A DNA stretch of 63,919 bases, counting the filler, from Octopus bimaculoides (Eukaryota), in NCBI RefSeq assembly GCF_001194135.2. It is 7 parts of 7 records of this genome, joined end to end, with 100 filler letters (N's around TTAATTAATTAA, not from the genome) between each part and the next. Parts side by side here need not be neighbours in the genome. Positions count along the whole stretch, not along the records: positions 16,476 to 28,889 come from NC_068987.1; positions 28,990 to 38,565 come from NC_068983.1; positions 38,666 to 53,973 come from NC_069009.1; 4 more parts are not named here. One strand, given 5' to 3'. Below the pieces are notes generated by a model that was not told the DNA's origin, did no database searches, and saw only the letters and a list, made by a program, of their open reading frames with translations. The position numbers and the translations under genes were made by a program. Shown here one piece after another: positions 26,400 to 38,854 of this stretch (the stretch's first letter is position 1; each line of letters opens with the position of its first letter).

Positions 26400-27259
26400 C
26401 ACAAACATATATATANNNNNNNNNNNNNNNNNNNNNNNNNNNNNNNNNNNNNNNNNNNNNNNNNNNNNNNNNNNNNNNNNNNNNNNNNNNNNNNNNNNNN
26501 NNNNNNNNNNNNNNNNNNNNNNNNNNNNNNNNNNNNNNNNNNNNNNNNNNNNNNNNNNNNNNNNNNNNNNNNNNNNNNNNNNNNNNNNNNNNNNNNNNNN
26601 NNNNNNNNNNNNNNNNNNNNNNNNNNNNNNNNNNNNNNNNNNNNNNNNNNNNNNNNNNNNNNNNNNNNNNNNNNNNNNNNNNNNNNNNNNNNNNNNNNNN
26701 NNNNNNNNNNNNNNNNNNNNNNNNNNNNNNNNNNNNNNNNNNNNNNNNNNNNNNNNNNNNNNNNNNNNNNNNNNNNNNNNNNNNNNNNNNNNNNNNNNNN
26801 NNNNNNNNNNNNNNNNNNNNNNNNNNNNNNNNNNNNNNNNNNNNNNNNNNNNNNNNNNNNNNNNNNNNNNNNNNNNNNNNNNNNNNNNNNNNNNNNNNNN
26901 NNNNNNNNNNNNNNNNNNNNNNNNNNNNNNNNNNNNNNNNNNNNNNNNNNNNNNNNNNNNNNNNNNNNNNNNNNNNNNNNNNNNNNNNNNNNNNNNNNNN
27001 NNNNNNNNNNNNNNNNNNNNNNNNNNNNNNNNNNNNNNNNNNNNNNNNNNNNNNNNNNNNNNNNNNNNNNNNNNNNNNNNNNNNNNNNNNNNNNNNNNNN
27101 NNNNNNNNNNNNNNNNNNNNNNNNNNNNNNNNNNNNNNNNNNNNNNNNNNNNNNNNNNGTATACATATATATATATATATGTGTGCGTATGCGTGTGTAT
27201 TTGTATATATATATATATGTGTGTGTATGTGTGTGTGTGTGTGTGTGTGCATTTGTGTA

Positions 27260-27301
<42 letters not shown>

Positions 27302-28847
27302 CCACACTGCAAGTCAATATACGATTACAATTTATTGCCACAGGAGGGGAAAAAATCGGCAAGTGCAAGCAAAATTGGTATCTCAGCAACTGACACTCGA
27401 TTTTAAGTCAATAAAGACATACTTTTTTTTCCAGCCTGGTGTCAAGGGGATAGAATCGAAGATTCAGTACATGCAATGGCATCATGAATCACCAATCGGT
27501 TCAGAATGCCATGGGAATTGGTTTTGAGGATAAAAAAGGGTGTCATTCTCCTTGATGTTCTATAACGTAGCAGTGCCGTGAATAGCGAACGATACACAGA
27601 GACTCTCAAAAAGCTTAGAGAAGCCATTAGAAAGAAGAGACCAGGCAGGGATCTAAAAACGATGCACCATTCACCACGACAATGTGTGACCACGTCCGTC
27701 ATTGGCAACAAATCAGCCAAATTGGTCTGGTCAGTGCCTATTCCCTACCCACTGTGCAGCTCAAATCTGATGCCTTCCGACGTCCACCTTTTCGGTCTAA
27801 TGAAGGACAGTCTTCAGAAACGACGATTTAACAACACACACGTGGTGAAAGTGGCTGTGAAGAAGTGAATACAATTGTACATATGTTGAATTTATTAAAC
27901 AGGATTCAAGAAATGGGTTCAACGACGGCACGAGCATACCACTTGTGATGGGTACTAAATAGAGTAGTATCCTTAGAAACAGAAAATAAATCAGTTAATA
28001 AAATAGTTATGTTCGTATTTGTATTTCTTTTGGTAGAAATCTCGCACATACATGCATATGTAATTACATACGTACATACATACATGTATAAAGACAGGCA
28101 GTCAAATATTTCGAGACACAAAGCTGTTAAGACATTCGATTTAACCGTTTAAATAGAGATAAAATTTAGTTGGTATTTATTTCATCAATTTCGGAAGAAC
28201 AACAAGCAAAAACATCCCTGAAATATGTTGTAAAATTTAAATCATAAACGCATAAAATTTAAATTTTATCCCATACGTAAGAATAATAAAATAACAAGAA
28301 TAATAATCTTTTCTAGCGATTTTCCTTGCTTGGTTAATACGATTGTCCAAGTCAGGACTGTATATTTTCCGTAGAGTAAGTAGTTGTATTATTAATAATA
28401 ATAATAATAATAATAATAAATATTATTAAAAGGATTGACGTAACTCTTCACGAAGGTAAATAGTCAAGACAAAGAGCGCGATTCGATTGACAAAGACAGA
28501 CGTACTGTCGAAATATTGTTCAAATAAAATATCTATACAATAGAATCGCGCTCTTCGCCTTGACTAATCATAATAATAATAATAATAAGCCTTTCTACTA
28601 TAGGCACAAGGCCTGAAATTTGGTGGATGGGGCTTGTCGATTACATCGGCCCCAGTGCTTAAGTGACTCTTATTTCTTATTTCTAGAGAATGAATGGCAA
28701 AATTGACTGGCATAATTTGAATTCAGAATGTAAAGACAGACGAAATGCCGCTAAGCATTTCGCCCGACGAAACTTACGATTCTGTCAGTTAGCTGTCTTA
28801 AACAACAAGAAAGATAATAAGCATATGTGCTTACCTCGGATGGCCAT
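16612..28847 (-). CDS. Seven-exon gene for a 288-aa surface or secreted protein: signal peptide + 2 group A SRCR domains + hydrophobic C-terminal anchor
   Basis: Exons 28835-28847, 23566-23616, 21163-21304, 19977-20146, 18195-18339, 16912-17078, 16612-16790 total 867 nt (288 aa + stop). All introns are GT-AG with compatible phases (1,1,2,1,2,1). Spliced product starts [31 protein letters not shown]; each SRCR domain has 6 Cys. Exon 7 is the least certain. Confidence 0.9.
16912..17078 (-). CDS. SRCR gene exon 6 (SRCR2 C-half)
   Basis: [55 protein letters not shown]; atactccacag| and |gtgagt; 167 nt. Not in the ORF track. Confidence 0.95.
17340..17600 (-). repeat. Probable LINE 3' UTR with AATAAA, followed by a (TCTA)n tract
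   Basis: Minus strand: T-rich segment, then GGCTAATAAAGAAAC, then microsatellite; family not identified. Confidence 0.35.
18195..18339 (-). CDS. SRCR gene exon 5 (SRCR2 N-half)
   Basis: [47 protein letters not shown]; tatccgacag| and |gtaagt; 145 nt. Not in the ORF track. Confidence 0.95.
18392..18778 (-). mobile_element. SINE family B, full-length diverged copy
   Basis: Reverse-complement similarity to 21923-22330. Confidence 0.8.
18800..18981 (+). pseudogene. Two C2H2 zinc fingers, probably a retroelement C-terminal fragment, antisense in SRCR intron 4
   Basis: [21 protein letters not shown] is a perfect CX2CX12HX3H; second finger CNLC...QSGLKSHI is frameshifted and runs into a gap. Confidence 0.65.
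19215..19410 (+). mobile_element. SINE family A copy
   Basis: Similarity to 15347-15580, with an internal deletion. Confidence 0.8.
19977..20146 (-). CDS. SRCR gene exon 4 (SRCR1 C-half)
   Basis: [56 protein letters not shown]; ttttcaacaacag| and |gtaagt; 170 nt. Confidence 0.95.
20395..20790 (+). mobile_element. SINE cluster: family A chimera with inverted family C head, then a second family A copy
   Basis: A head 20395-20469, reversed C head 20470-20519, A tail 20520-20600, second A copy 20607-20790. Confidence 0.65.
21163..21304 (-). CDS. SRCR gene exon 3 (SRCR1 N-half)
   Basis: [46 protein letters not shown]; tttgtgacag| and |gtaagt; 142 nt. Confidence 0.95.
21387..21639 (+). mobile_element. 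Internally deleted mariner MITE
   Basis: TA-flanked TIRs TTGGGTTGGTGTAAAATTATT / AATAATTATGCACCAACCCAA; centre encodes the transposase C-terminus [20 protein letters not shown]. Confidence 0.9.
21688..21895 (+). mobile_element. SINE family A copy
   Basis: Similarity to 15347-15580. Confidence 0.8.
21923..22330 (+). mobile_element. SINE family B, full-length (tRNA head, CORE-like CCTTGGGCAAGTG segment, internal microsatellite)
   Basis: A-box TGGCTGTATGG, B-box GGTTCAGTCCC, tail GACTGAAACAAGTAA. Confidence 0.85.
23566..23616 (-). CDS. SRCR gene exon 2 (signal peptide core [16 protein letters not shown])
   Basis: tcttattccag|...|gtaatt, 51 nt, phase 1/1; hydrophobic core ending in S-Q-A, a plausible cleavage site. 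Confidence 0.85.
24015..24465 (-). mobile_element. RTE-like LINE 3' end with 3' UTR and (GAT)n tail
   Basis: [21 protein letters not shown], followed by a UTR containing GTTAGGAAGGG...AGCCGTAGAA (resembles a V-SINE domain, from memory). Confidence 0.65.
25365..25675 (-). mobile_element. SINE family C-related copy
   Basis: Reverse-complement similarity to the 3' half of 4525-4930. Confidence 0.75.
27430..27965 (+). mobile_element. Mariner transposase catalytic-domain remnant
   Basis: [54 protein letters not shown] (YSPDLAPSD-like); frameshifted. Confidence 0.85.
28590..28800 (-). mobile_element. SINE family A copy at the start of SRCR intron 1
   Basis: Degraded reverse-complement match. Confidence 0.7.
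28835..28847 (-). CDS. SRCR gene exon 1 (MAIR + G)
   Basis: accacgATGGCCATCCGAG|gtaagc: A at -3, G at +4, strong donor; phase 1 fits exon 2. Confidence 0.75.
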
Positions 28848-28881
28848 CGTGGTGATAGGCCGGGGAAGTTAAATATTTTGG

Positions 28882-28888
28882 TTTTATA
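28882..28888 (-). promoter_or_regulatory. Candidate TATA box of the SRCR gene
   Basis: TATAAAA starting 41 nt upstream of the ATG; sits at the edge of a gap. Confidence 0.35.
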
Positions 28889-28989
28889 CNNNNNNNNNNN
28901 NNNNNNNNNNNNNNNNNNNNNNNNNNNNNNNNNTTAATTAATTAANNNNNNNNNNNNNNNNNNNNNNNNNNNNNNNNNNNNNNNNNNNN

Positions 28990-29031
<42 letters not shown>

Positions 29032-30281
29032 TCGCACACGCAAGAACACACGCTCCTACTGGAAAATGTAACATTGAGAAAATTCGTTCTAGATTCAAGA
29101 AAAAAAATTAAATATTTTCGATATTAAACTCCGGGAATTTGTCCAATATGATAGGTTGCAGATATTATTTTAAGCAGCCTTATTGATAGATTTCAAAGAA
29201 AGATACTATCTACAAGAAAATAGCAGTTCCTAATTCTTATGCCGACGGATATTTTTGTGAATTATATCTTTGATTTTGTTTTCCATATTTTATGAATAAG
29301 TTATAAACATTACTGGATCTGATATATATTCGAATAAATTAATATTCAATGAATAAAAATGTAATATCTAACATTATTATCGATGATTTTTGATAAAAGT
29401 AGATCCTACTACCCATTAAGCAATAGCATTACTATACACTGTGGAAAATCTATTTCCATCTCATCACCTTCAGGAAATATGGAATATTCATCGTTATATT
29501 TTATCTACCATGCTACTAATATGCCTATACACACTTCTATTTGAAATGCGACATAGGTTAATTTTGCTTTTCAATCTTATGTGTTTATTAAGTAAAGTAC
29601 CACTCAGATATAGAGGAGGGCGTTTCTCCTCACTCTACACCCAACAAAATGCTCTCTCGCAAGAAACAGTAGAAGCAAACAATCTTCAAATTTTCATTCA
29701 AATTTTTAATTGACAAATGCACTCTCCATGTTCCCTTCGCTCGTGTATTCTAATTTTGCCTATAAGCAATGTATGTATTCGTGCATCGAAGAATTTTACT
29801 ATACTTTATGTCGCCGTTCGTTCTTTTATATGTAGTTGTTCTACTAATAGTAAATGAATCGCTCCACAGTTCGCTCTCGAGAGTCATTGACAACTATGGT
29901 AGTCATGTAAAAGGTAGATCTCTACAGATTAAGTTTCAATCAGTGACATGATTTACATAAATCTAATGACTTTTATGATGAGTATACTCACTCAATGATG
30001 ATTCCAGCAAAAACAATAAGAAAACAAATATAAATTCTCCATGTTGTTCAACCATTCAATTCGTCTTGCTGTTTTCAGTATGACACAGTCATCCCTCAAC
30101 AAATGAATAACTTAAAAGATGCTGAATTTGCAAATGTGTATATCTGACACCAAATAAATGCATATTCTGACAGACATATGGTAAACATATATTACCATTA
30201 GTTTCAACATTTTGCTCGTTTTATTGTATTCTTCATAATTTATCAGAAATACTCAATTTCAAGCACGGATATTTTACCGAT

Positions 30282-31075
30282 ATTTTCAAAAATAGCGAAT
30301 GTTTAACTTTTCTGGCGAATATCCAAAATGGTTCCCTTAAAAAAAAATCGGAGTGGGCACAAATTGAAGGTTTAATTTACTTATAGCAATAATACGTATT
30401 ACATATAAACGAATAATATTCAATGACAGCTCAAGTCCATCGTCACGATGGACATAACGTGACACTAATTTTATTGAGTTAGAAACAACTCGTGTGCAAA
30501 TTATACCAGTACTTCGTATATTTCTATATGCCAATACTCGCAGCGATTCAAAATATTTTCGTCCCACTCAGTAATTTATATAATCTACCAAGTCATTCTA
30601 CACAGTACTGCATTTTTTTTACATCAAACTGCTGCAAATATTGTTTCCCAATATTCATTATGTACCTAAAATATTATTGTTTGTTACGGTATGTGTCAGT
30701 GTGCTATGTTTCAAAAGGAGAAAATATTTTCCTTTTCAAAAATATCAAAAGCTTAGCTTTTCTGGCGAATAGCCAAAATTGTTACCTAAGAAAAAATTCG
30801 AAGTGGGCACAAATTGAAAGTTTAATTTATTTATAGAAATAATACTATTATGTAATTACAAATGTAAATGAATATAATAATATTCAATAACAGTTCAGAT
30901 TCATCATTACGATGGGCATAATGTGACACTAATTCCTTTGAATTAGAAAGAACTCGTGTGTAAATCATGCCAGTGCTTCGTATATTTCTATATGTCTAAA
31001 CTCGCAGCGATTCAAAATGTTTTCGTCCCACTGGGTACTTCATATAATCCACTAGCCATTCTACACAGTACTATT
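30282..31075 (+). repeat. Diverged direct duplication, 450-bp period
   Basis: TCTGGCGAAT at 30311 and 30761; ~330 bp align at roughly 80% by eye. Confidence 0.9.
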
Positions 31076-31633
31076 TACTTAACTATCAATATTGAAAAAT
31101 TTCATTCCTTCATAATTTCGTTTTATTAGAAAGCATTTCAATTTTTGCGAATGGAGAACAATTTCAGCTTCTATTTTTACAAAGTAAACACTTTTAATTT
31201 GATAGAAACAGCAGAGCCAATGCCAACATAGAGAATATTACAGTTCCTACAATTTAATATATATTTTTATACTTCTGTAAAATATTTGTACAAAATATTT
31301 CATTCCCATTTTTCAATTGGCATTTTTTCATTGCAAATTTTACGCTTCAAGTTTTATCATTTAACTTTGAAACAATTTTCACTATGCAACTATATCAATG
31401 GCTTGAAGTAACGAGAGAAAAAATGAAATGCTATAGGTAAAGGATGTGAGAATATAAACAGGGAATAAAAGAAAGTGTAAGACAAAAGCGTTTGGAAGAT
31501 AACCGAGCACTGACTTGCAGGGCTTCTGTAGTATCGCAACGAGAATGTCAACATATAAAGAGAGAATATAGAACATAGCCACCTGAACCGCGGACTTTTT
31601 TATATTCGATAGCATGGAGAATAGGCAAGGGAA

Positions 31634-31704
<71 letters not shown>

Positions 31705-31721
31705 NNNNNNNNNNATAATAA

Positions 31722-31752
<31 letters not shown>

Positions 31753-32525
31753 AAGAAGAAGAAGAAGAAGAAGAAGAAGAAGGAGTGTGACGAAATAAAT
31801 TAAACGATGAATAAAATATCGAATACTACGAGTAAGTCTCAATAAAAAACCGTTGCCCAATTTTCAAAATATTCCGTCAAGAATATAGTAATTGAAACAT
31901 GATCATGTTTCGATGATAAGACATCAGAATGAACAAGTTGTAATAGATTCGTAGAAAGGTAAAGGATAAGCGTATCATGCCCTTGTATTGATACTTTGCG
32001 ATTCCAGAAGGAGCCGCAAAAATTTTACTCTCCAGCTTTATCCCAATGAATTCCAACAATTATTAGATATCAATAATTCGAACACGTTTAATTTCAGGAA
32101 AAAATAACCGAAATTATATTTGCTTAGTTAACTTTACGGTATTTTGCGCATCCACTAAATAAACTTGAATGAAATAATAGGGCCTTAATTTTTATCTATT
32201 TATTTATTTATGTATTTATTTATTTATTTCATTCCATGGAAAGTTACGCTATGAAACACATATACATATGTATATTCATACACGTATATATGCGTATGTA
32301 TATATGTATATATACGTGTGTATATTTGTGCGTGTGTGTATATATATATATATGCGTGAGTGTTTGTGTGTGTATGTGTGCGTGTCTATATACATATTTA
32401 TATATATATATTTATGTATGTATTAATATTATCTTGGTTGAAAAACTTCGATAATGCAAATATGTTAATAGTTACCAGGGTAGCAAAAAATCACACAAAA
32501 CTGGGACATTATACCCGGTTAAAAA

Positions 32526-32558
<33 letters not shown>

Positions 32559-35500
32559 GCGTGAGTGTTTGTATGTGTGTGTGCGTGTTTGTGTGTGTGT
32601 TCATCCAACAGTAGACAAATGTGTGAACTCTGCTTATTTCACATGTGCAATGTAATAGTTCACATGTAGCTTACAGTTTAATATATATGTCGCAGCGTGT
32701 GGTAAGGTAACACTGACATTACAACACGATACGAATAAATGAGACTCATTTGATCATGCTTATTATTGACGTTACAAATATTCTGCGTTCTCCCCAACAG
32801 GTGAGCTAATGCGCATACGCACGCACGCACGCACGCACGCAGACGCATTCATACACACACTCACAGACACCCACCCATTCTTCCAATCGGCGTTTATTCA
32901 TACTATATAAGCTCTATTAGCAAAAATATTGTTGGTGCTATATGTAGAAGCCTAATACATCATTCTCACTACTTGATTCATATATATTTCTAAAATTACA
33001 ACCTAAACAAAATTTATCTAGAAGGAACTAATTCCATTTGATTGTATTCCATTTAATTCTATTTAATTATATGTATTTCTAATTTCACGTTGCGCTCACC
33101 GTCGCAAATTTTTACCCTGCGTTTGCACAGCTATGCGAAGCGAGGGCAAGTTTTTCGTGAAAGACTTGCAGCTGCCCAGTCCACTGATTCCAGTCCACCG
33201 ATATTGACCTAATATAACGGGTTGACGATTTGAGCCAATACAACCAGGCACCACTGCCATTTGAAGAGTTACTTTCTATAGCACAAGAATCAGTAAAGAT
33301 ACAGCAAGATATCGCGTATGAAATTCCACAGACCTGCGACACACCAAATTTAATTTTTTACTAATTCTATAGATGTCATAAGAAGGCAAGGCAAACTTGC
33401 TATTCGTGGGATTTGAACTCATGGATTTGCGAGAGCAGCAAAAACTTACCGCTAGGCATCGTATCGGTCACTCTGTCTACTTTGGTTATGTGTCGCCATA
33501 ATATTTTCAGAAGATATTAAATAACATATACGCTTTGATATCTTTATTACATATGAAGTGGATTTTATAAATAGCTTATCAATATGAAAAGACTGCTATA
33601 ACCTTTTTAAACCGGCTTGAAAATAATCCAACAAAAGATGATTGTTTATCATGTTCCTATATAGTTTTATATTTTTTACTGTCTTTGTTAGTCCTGTTTT
33701 TAGTTGTACATACACTTATATTTTTTCGGTAATTAGAATATAATGCAAACAAATCAAATTTGGCATTTATTTTGTAGTCAAATTTTTTTCGCCCAGCAGA
33801 AGATGTTTTTTCTTTTTGTTTTGTTCGGACAAATGCATGACCTACATGTGATTATGTGGAACGTTGTATAATGTGTTCTTGTTTATCGATGACATTTTCA
33901 TCTGTGCCATCCATTTTCTTTCCAGATATGTTATATGTAATACTACATTAGCCGAAGTATTTTCTCTTAATGATAGATCGTGAGTGATGTAGATTTGGTT
34001 GCTATTTCTGAGATCATTTGTTAGGGAAATGTGGGGAAACGGCAGAAACGAATGTTTAGTAAAGAAAATATCTCCGAGTAATTAGCCATATTCCTCTACC
34101 GTCTGAATTCAAATTACTGTAATATTAACGTTATCTTTCACCGGTGAGTTCATAGAATGTCGATAAATTCAATTGCCATGAAGAGCGAATTGACTAACGA
34201 TTTGAATACTTAGTATTCAACCGAATATATGGAAAGATGAAAGTATTTTCTTTCTTTCTACTCTTCGCAGTAATTGAATTTATTCATATTCAATAAATTC
34301 TCCTTTGGAATAATAGTTGCCGATATAGTTACTCACCATCATCTTCCACTGATTCCAAACTACACGTTACCTAGGTTTCCTACAATAGCTGCTAAAGAAC
34401 AGAAAAATATATGTAAGAAGCTTCCATTCAATCAACTGCACACATAATTTAATACGTTACGTTTTACAAACGCATTATCGTCGCGTTCAGCATATATACA
34501 AAGAATCAGAAGTAAGGAAAAAACCCTTAAGAAGTAACTCAATTCCTTGAGAATGTCACCGTCTTAATGTCCCTGAAAAAATGCTTTACGACAGTGATGC
34601 AGCGAGAAGAAGAGTTATGCATTTGCCACATAGGGCAGGTGGAAAGTGACGGTTAATAACATCTGGTGTATCGCAGCGGTTGATTATAAATACTTATTTG
34701 TAATCATCACACAATGAGGACAAATGAGGAATTTTTTCTTAGTGACATGAACCAAAGCTACGCCATTGTTTTAACGATTTTACAAATTGGCCGGAACGAG
34801 ATAAAATACCACTCATATATAGTGCATGGGAGAAACAAGTACAAGAAATTAACTGCTGGAACATCTCTTATTCGATGTTAGCTTCATCTTACGCTAAATA
34901 ATGTAGGCAATAAACATTGAAAGCGAATTTATACGCGTATTTATATGGTCCCACTATGCTGCTTCCCTTTCTTTCTCACAATCACTCACTTTTTCCTCAC
35001 CTTCGCATACATACTTCCTTTTTACAATTATGTTAGATCATTGGACTTCGTATATGATTGAACAACACAACATATCATTCCAGGATATATAATGAACAGC
35101 TAAGTTACGATACGTGGAAAGACCAAAAACACACTATGAGCTTCAAGATCGTTATAAACATACATGTATATACTTTAATTTAATTGAATATATATTGACA
35201 CTTTAGCGAGGAAAGTTATATACTAAATGAATTTACATTAAATTCTGTTTTCTTACTCACTGACACTTCATCCCGCATACAACTGAAGTAGATATGAGCC
35301 ATTCAACAACATTTCCTTCATTCAAATATAACCCACAGATTCCTACATAATTATTTATTGTATTACAACATAAATGTATTTTCTCGATGTTTTTCATACA
35401 GTTCGAATTCTGTTTCCCTTCGCTACTCCTATAATCAAAAGAACTAATACGAAAAAAAGATCAAAAGTCTTATGGATTCAGGTACGGGAACACATGCACA

Positions 35501-36012
35501 CACACATGCGCGTGCAAATTATATATATATCTTCGAGTGTCTTCTTCAAAAACTCTTTCAGCTTGCCATATACGTCTATAAAGTTGTTGCTCAAGCTAAC
35601 TCAGGCGAGTTTAAAAAGCACATCTATACCATGCCTAGAGAGAAAAATTCTTAAGCACAAAGCGAAATTGAAGACATTTGTATTACATGCCATCTGAGAC
35701 CGCAAATATGATGTACAACATATCGTTCTCATTATTGTCGTAATTCAGACAACTTCATACAGCAGATCTCAGATTCGACGTTTTCCAGCTGTGATCATCA
35801 CTTTATGTTTCCACTATATAGAATATGTTTCGTACTGAATTATCTAATGTGTTCTCTCTCTTTATAGGGAGATTAAATAGATATGATTGTTTAGACGCTC
35901 CATTGTTGCTAATGTCAAAGATCTGGTTCTGCTACAACAGGCTTAACATGGAAGATATTCCAGCAGTTAAAATATTCCGAAGACAATCCAGCTGCGACAA
36001 TTTACATACGGT

Positions 36013-36096
<84 letters not shown>

Positions 36097-36558
36097 ATAT
36101 CTATCTGGACAGATGGTAGACGTGTCGGCTCCGTAAGTTTTGCCTTTTTCATGTTTTAAAAAGTTTGTTTGTAAAGTTTATTTTATATAGAAAGTTGTAT
36201 AACAACTTATAGACTCTCTGGTGCAAGTTTTTTGCAACGGAAATCTGCCCTGTGTGGCACATTTCCAGGATTTANNNNNNNNNNNNNNNNNNNNNNNNNN
36301 NNNNNNNNNNNNNNNNNNNNNNNNNNNNNNNNNNNNNNNNNNNNNNNNNNNNNNNNNNNNNNNNNNNNNNNNNNNNNNNNNNNNNNNNNNNNNNNNNNNN
36401 NNNNNNNNNNNNNNNNNNNNNNNNNNNNNNNNNNNNNNNNNNNNNNNNNNNNNNNNNNNNNNNNNNNNNNNNNNNNNNNNNNNNNNNNNNNNNNNNNNNN
36501 NNNNNNNNNNNNNNNNNNNNNNNNNNNNNNNNNNNNNNNNNNNNNNNNNNNNNNNNNN

Positions 36559-38565
36559 GACGACATCATTACCACCACCACCAACAACAACGACAACAAC
36601 AACAACAACAACAACAGCAGCAGCAGCAGCAGCGGCAACAGTTCAACTCAACCTTTGCTCTCTTCACCAGCAGCAAGCGAAAGAGAGGAAGGAAAAAGCC
36701 ACAACACCACTGACACAAATACCACATCTGCCACCAATACCAGTGCCAGCACCAGCAAAAACAATAACAACAATAACAAAAACAAAAACTTTGCTGAAGC
36801 TTTGAAGCAAAGTGAAACTGTTGTGTCCTACACGACAAAGGAAATTATAGAAACGAGGAAGTTGATTACCAAAGAAAGCGATGAAGTACATTTGAACATA
36901 CGACAACACATATTAGAGGAAACAAGTAGGAAAACAATAATTTATAAAATAATAAACACTAAAAGTAGAAGGCCAAAACAGGCCAGTATAGACAAGATCG
37001 AAAGATGCTTGAGATCAATTTGGGATAAAAAAATCTTATATTACTTATTATAGATTTGCACAAGTACAGATGATTTTTCGAAATGAAGAGTTGACGAAGA
37101 CGTATTCAACGCTAAGTCTTCACACACCTGAAATAACAATGTTACCCAGTTACCTTGGCCAAAAGGTAACAAAGGTAACAATAAAACATGCACCTCCAAC
37201 AATCGACACACTATGGTTGATATCGGCCATATGTGTTGATATGGACAACATTAACATACTGTAAATAAACTTTGGAGAAAGCAATTGGACGGGAAAAAAC
37301 ATACACATCTTGTTTCACTCAAACGAACAAGAAATCAAAAATATCCCACCATACATCCGTTTGACAGGAAGCCAAAAGTTACATAGAGTGGTAGAGGGCA
37401 GGCGGCCTCGCTGTTACCTATGCAACAGCGAGGCACATCTGAAAAAGGACTGCCCTCTGGCCGCTAAACATAAACAACAACAACAATAACAGAATCAACT
37501 ACCAAATACCACCAGCAGACAAACTTTACTACCAACACCACCAGTAACACAAAAAACAACAACAGAAATATCAGCAATAACCACAACAGAAAAGACAACA
37601 GAAACTGCAAAAACAGAAGAGAAAAAAAAAGAAAATTCCAAGACTGCCTCTCCCTGCCCCATATCACATATACCACACACAAATAACAAGCAGCCAACAC
37701 CAACAAAAACAGCAGCACAAACACTCACAGAAACACATACAGACGCACAAAATTTGCCGTTACCTCTTTCTGACTCCTCAGAACTCTCATCAGATGAAGA
37801 GAGTGGGGAGGAGTGGAAAATAGCTACGAAAGGAAGGAGGAAACGCAGTAAGAAAACAACAAAACAAAAGGCAAACACAAATAAAGCAGGGAGATTCACA
37901 TCTCCCGAAAATACTACTAACACCAATAGTAATATACAAAAACAATGCTAACAGCAATAGACACAGAGTACAAACACAGAGTTGATGAATTAAATCAACT
38001 CTAAAACAAACATCACAAATAACGACATCAAAACAAACAACCACCCACGCAAAACACCGCCAAAACACATTAAAATTTATCATGTAACACCAGCATTACA
38101 CAACAAAATAAAATCCCTCTATCCCAACTCGCTAGGGGGATGTCAAAAATATTTGTGTATGAAATTGTACAATAGCCTCCTTGGTGAAAAATCCAAGGAG
38201 GAAAGAAAACTTTCGAACGGTAAGTAACTCGCTGTTTCTTTTTGTTTTGTGCTTTAAAGCATACGTATAAGTAGAATCATGGTGAAGATTGGTTGTGTGA
38301 ATGTGCGTGGCTTGGGGTCCCTTTGGAAACAAGGGTACCTCTTAAATGACATCAAGTAACACAATTTGGATATCATAGCCATTAGTGAGACCAGACTCCA
38401 TGAACCGCGGGCCCTAAAGTCCATGTTTGACGGACAGTTTAACATTTATTTTTCTCCCTGTCTGCCGAGGATGGGCGGTAGTGGCACGGCGGTTCTTTTT
38501 CGCAAGAGTCTGGATCTCCAAGTAAAGACGATATTTACGGACCCGGAGGGTAGACTGGTTGTCCT
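36559..38565 (+). mobile_element. L1/Tx1-clade LINE 5' part: disrupted ORF1 and start of ORF2 APE
   Basis: GRRPRCYLCNSEAHLKKDC (CX2CX4HX4C) near 37400-37455; ORF2 from 38279 reads MVKIGCVNVRGL...*..DIIAISETRL; cut off by a spacer gap. Confidence 0.88.
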
Positions 38566-38713
38566 NNNNNNNNNNNNNNNNNNNNNNNNNNNNNNNNNNN
38601 NNNNNNNNNTTAATTAATTAANNNNNNNNNNNNNNNNNNNNNNNNNNNNNNNNNNNNNNNNNNNNGAAAGCACGTTATAAAAATAAAACTACTGAACAAT
38701 AATAATAATAATC

Positions 38714-38770
<57 letters not shown>

Positions 38771-38854
38771 CTAATAATGATAATAATAATATTAATAATT
38801 ATAATAGTGTAGAAACGTGTAACGAAAGTATTGATAAAAGACAGATATATCTAA

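Noticed and set aside
29441-29951. Hydrophobic ORFs, and a minus-strand RSTFYM...DSRER resemblance to ligand-gated channels
   Set aside because: Short, interrupted by stops, no TM1 between the motifs and no splice support; expected by chance in AT-rich DNA.
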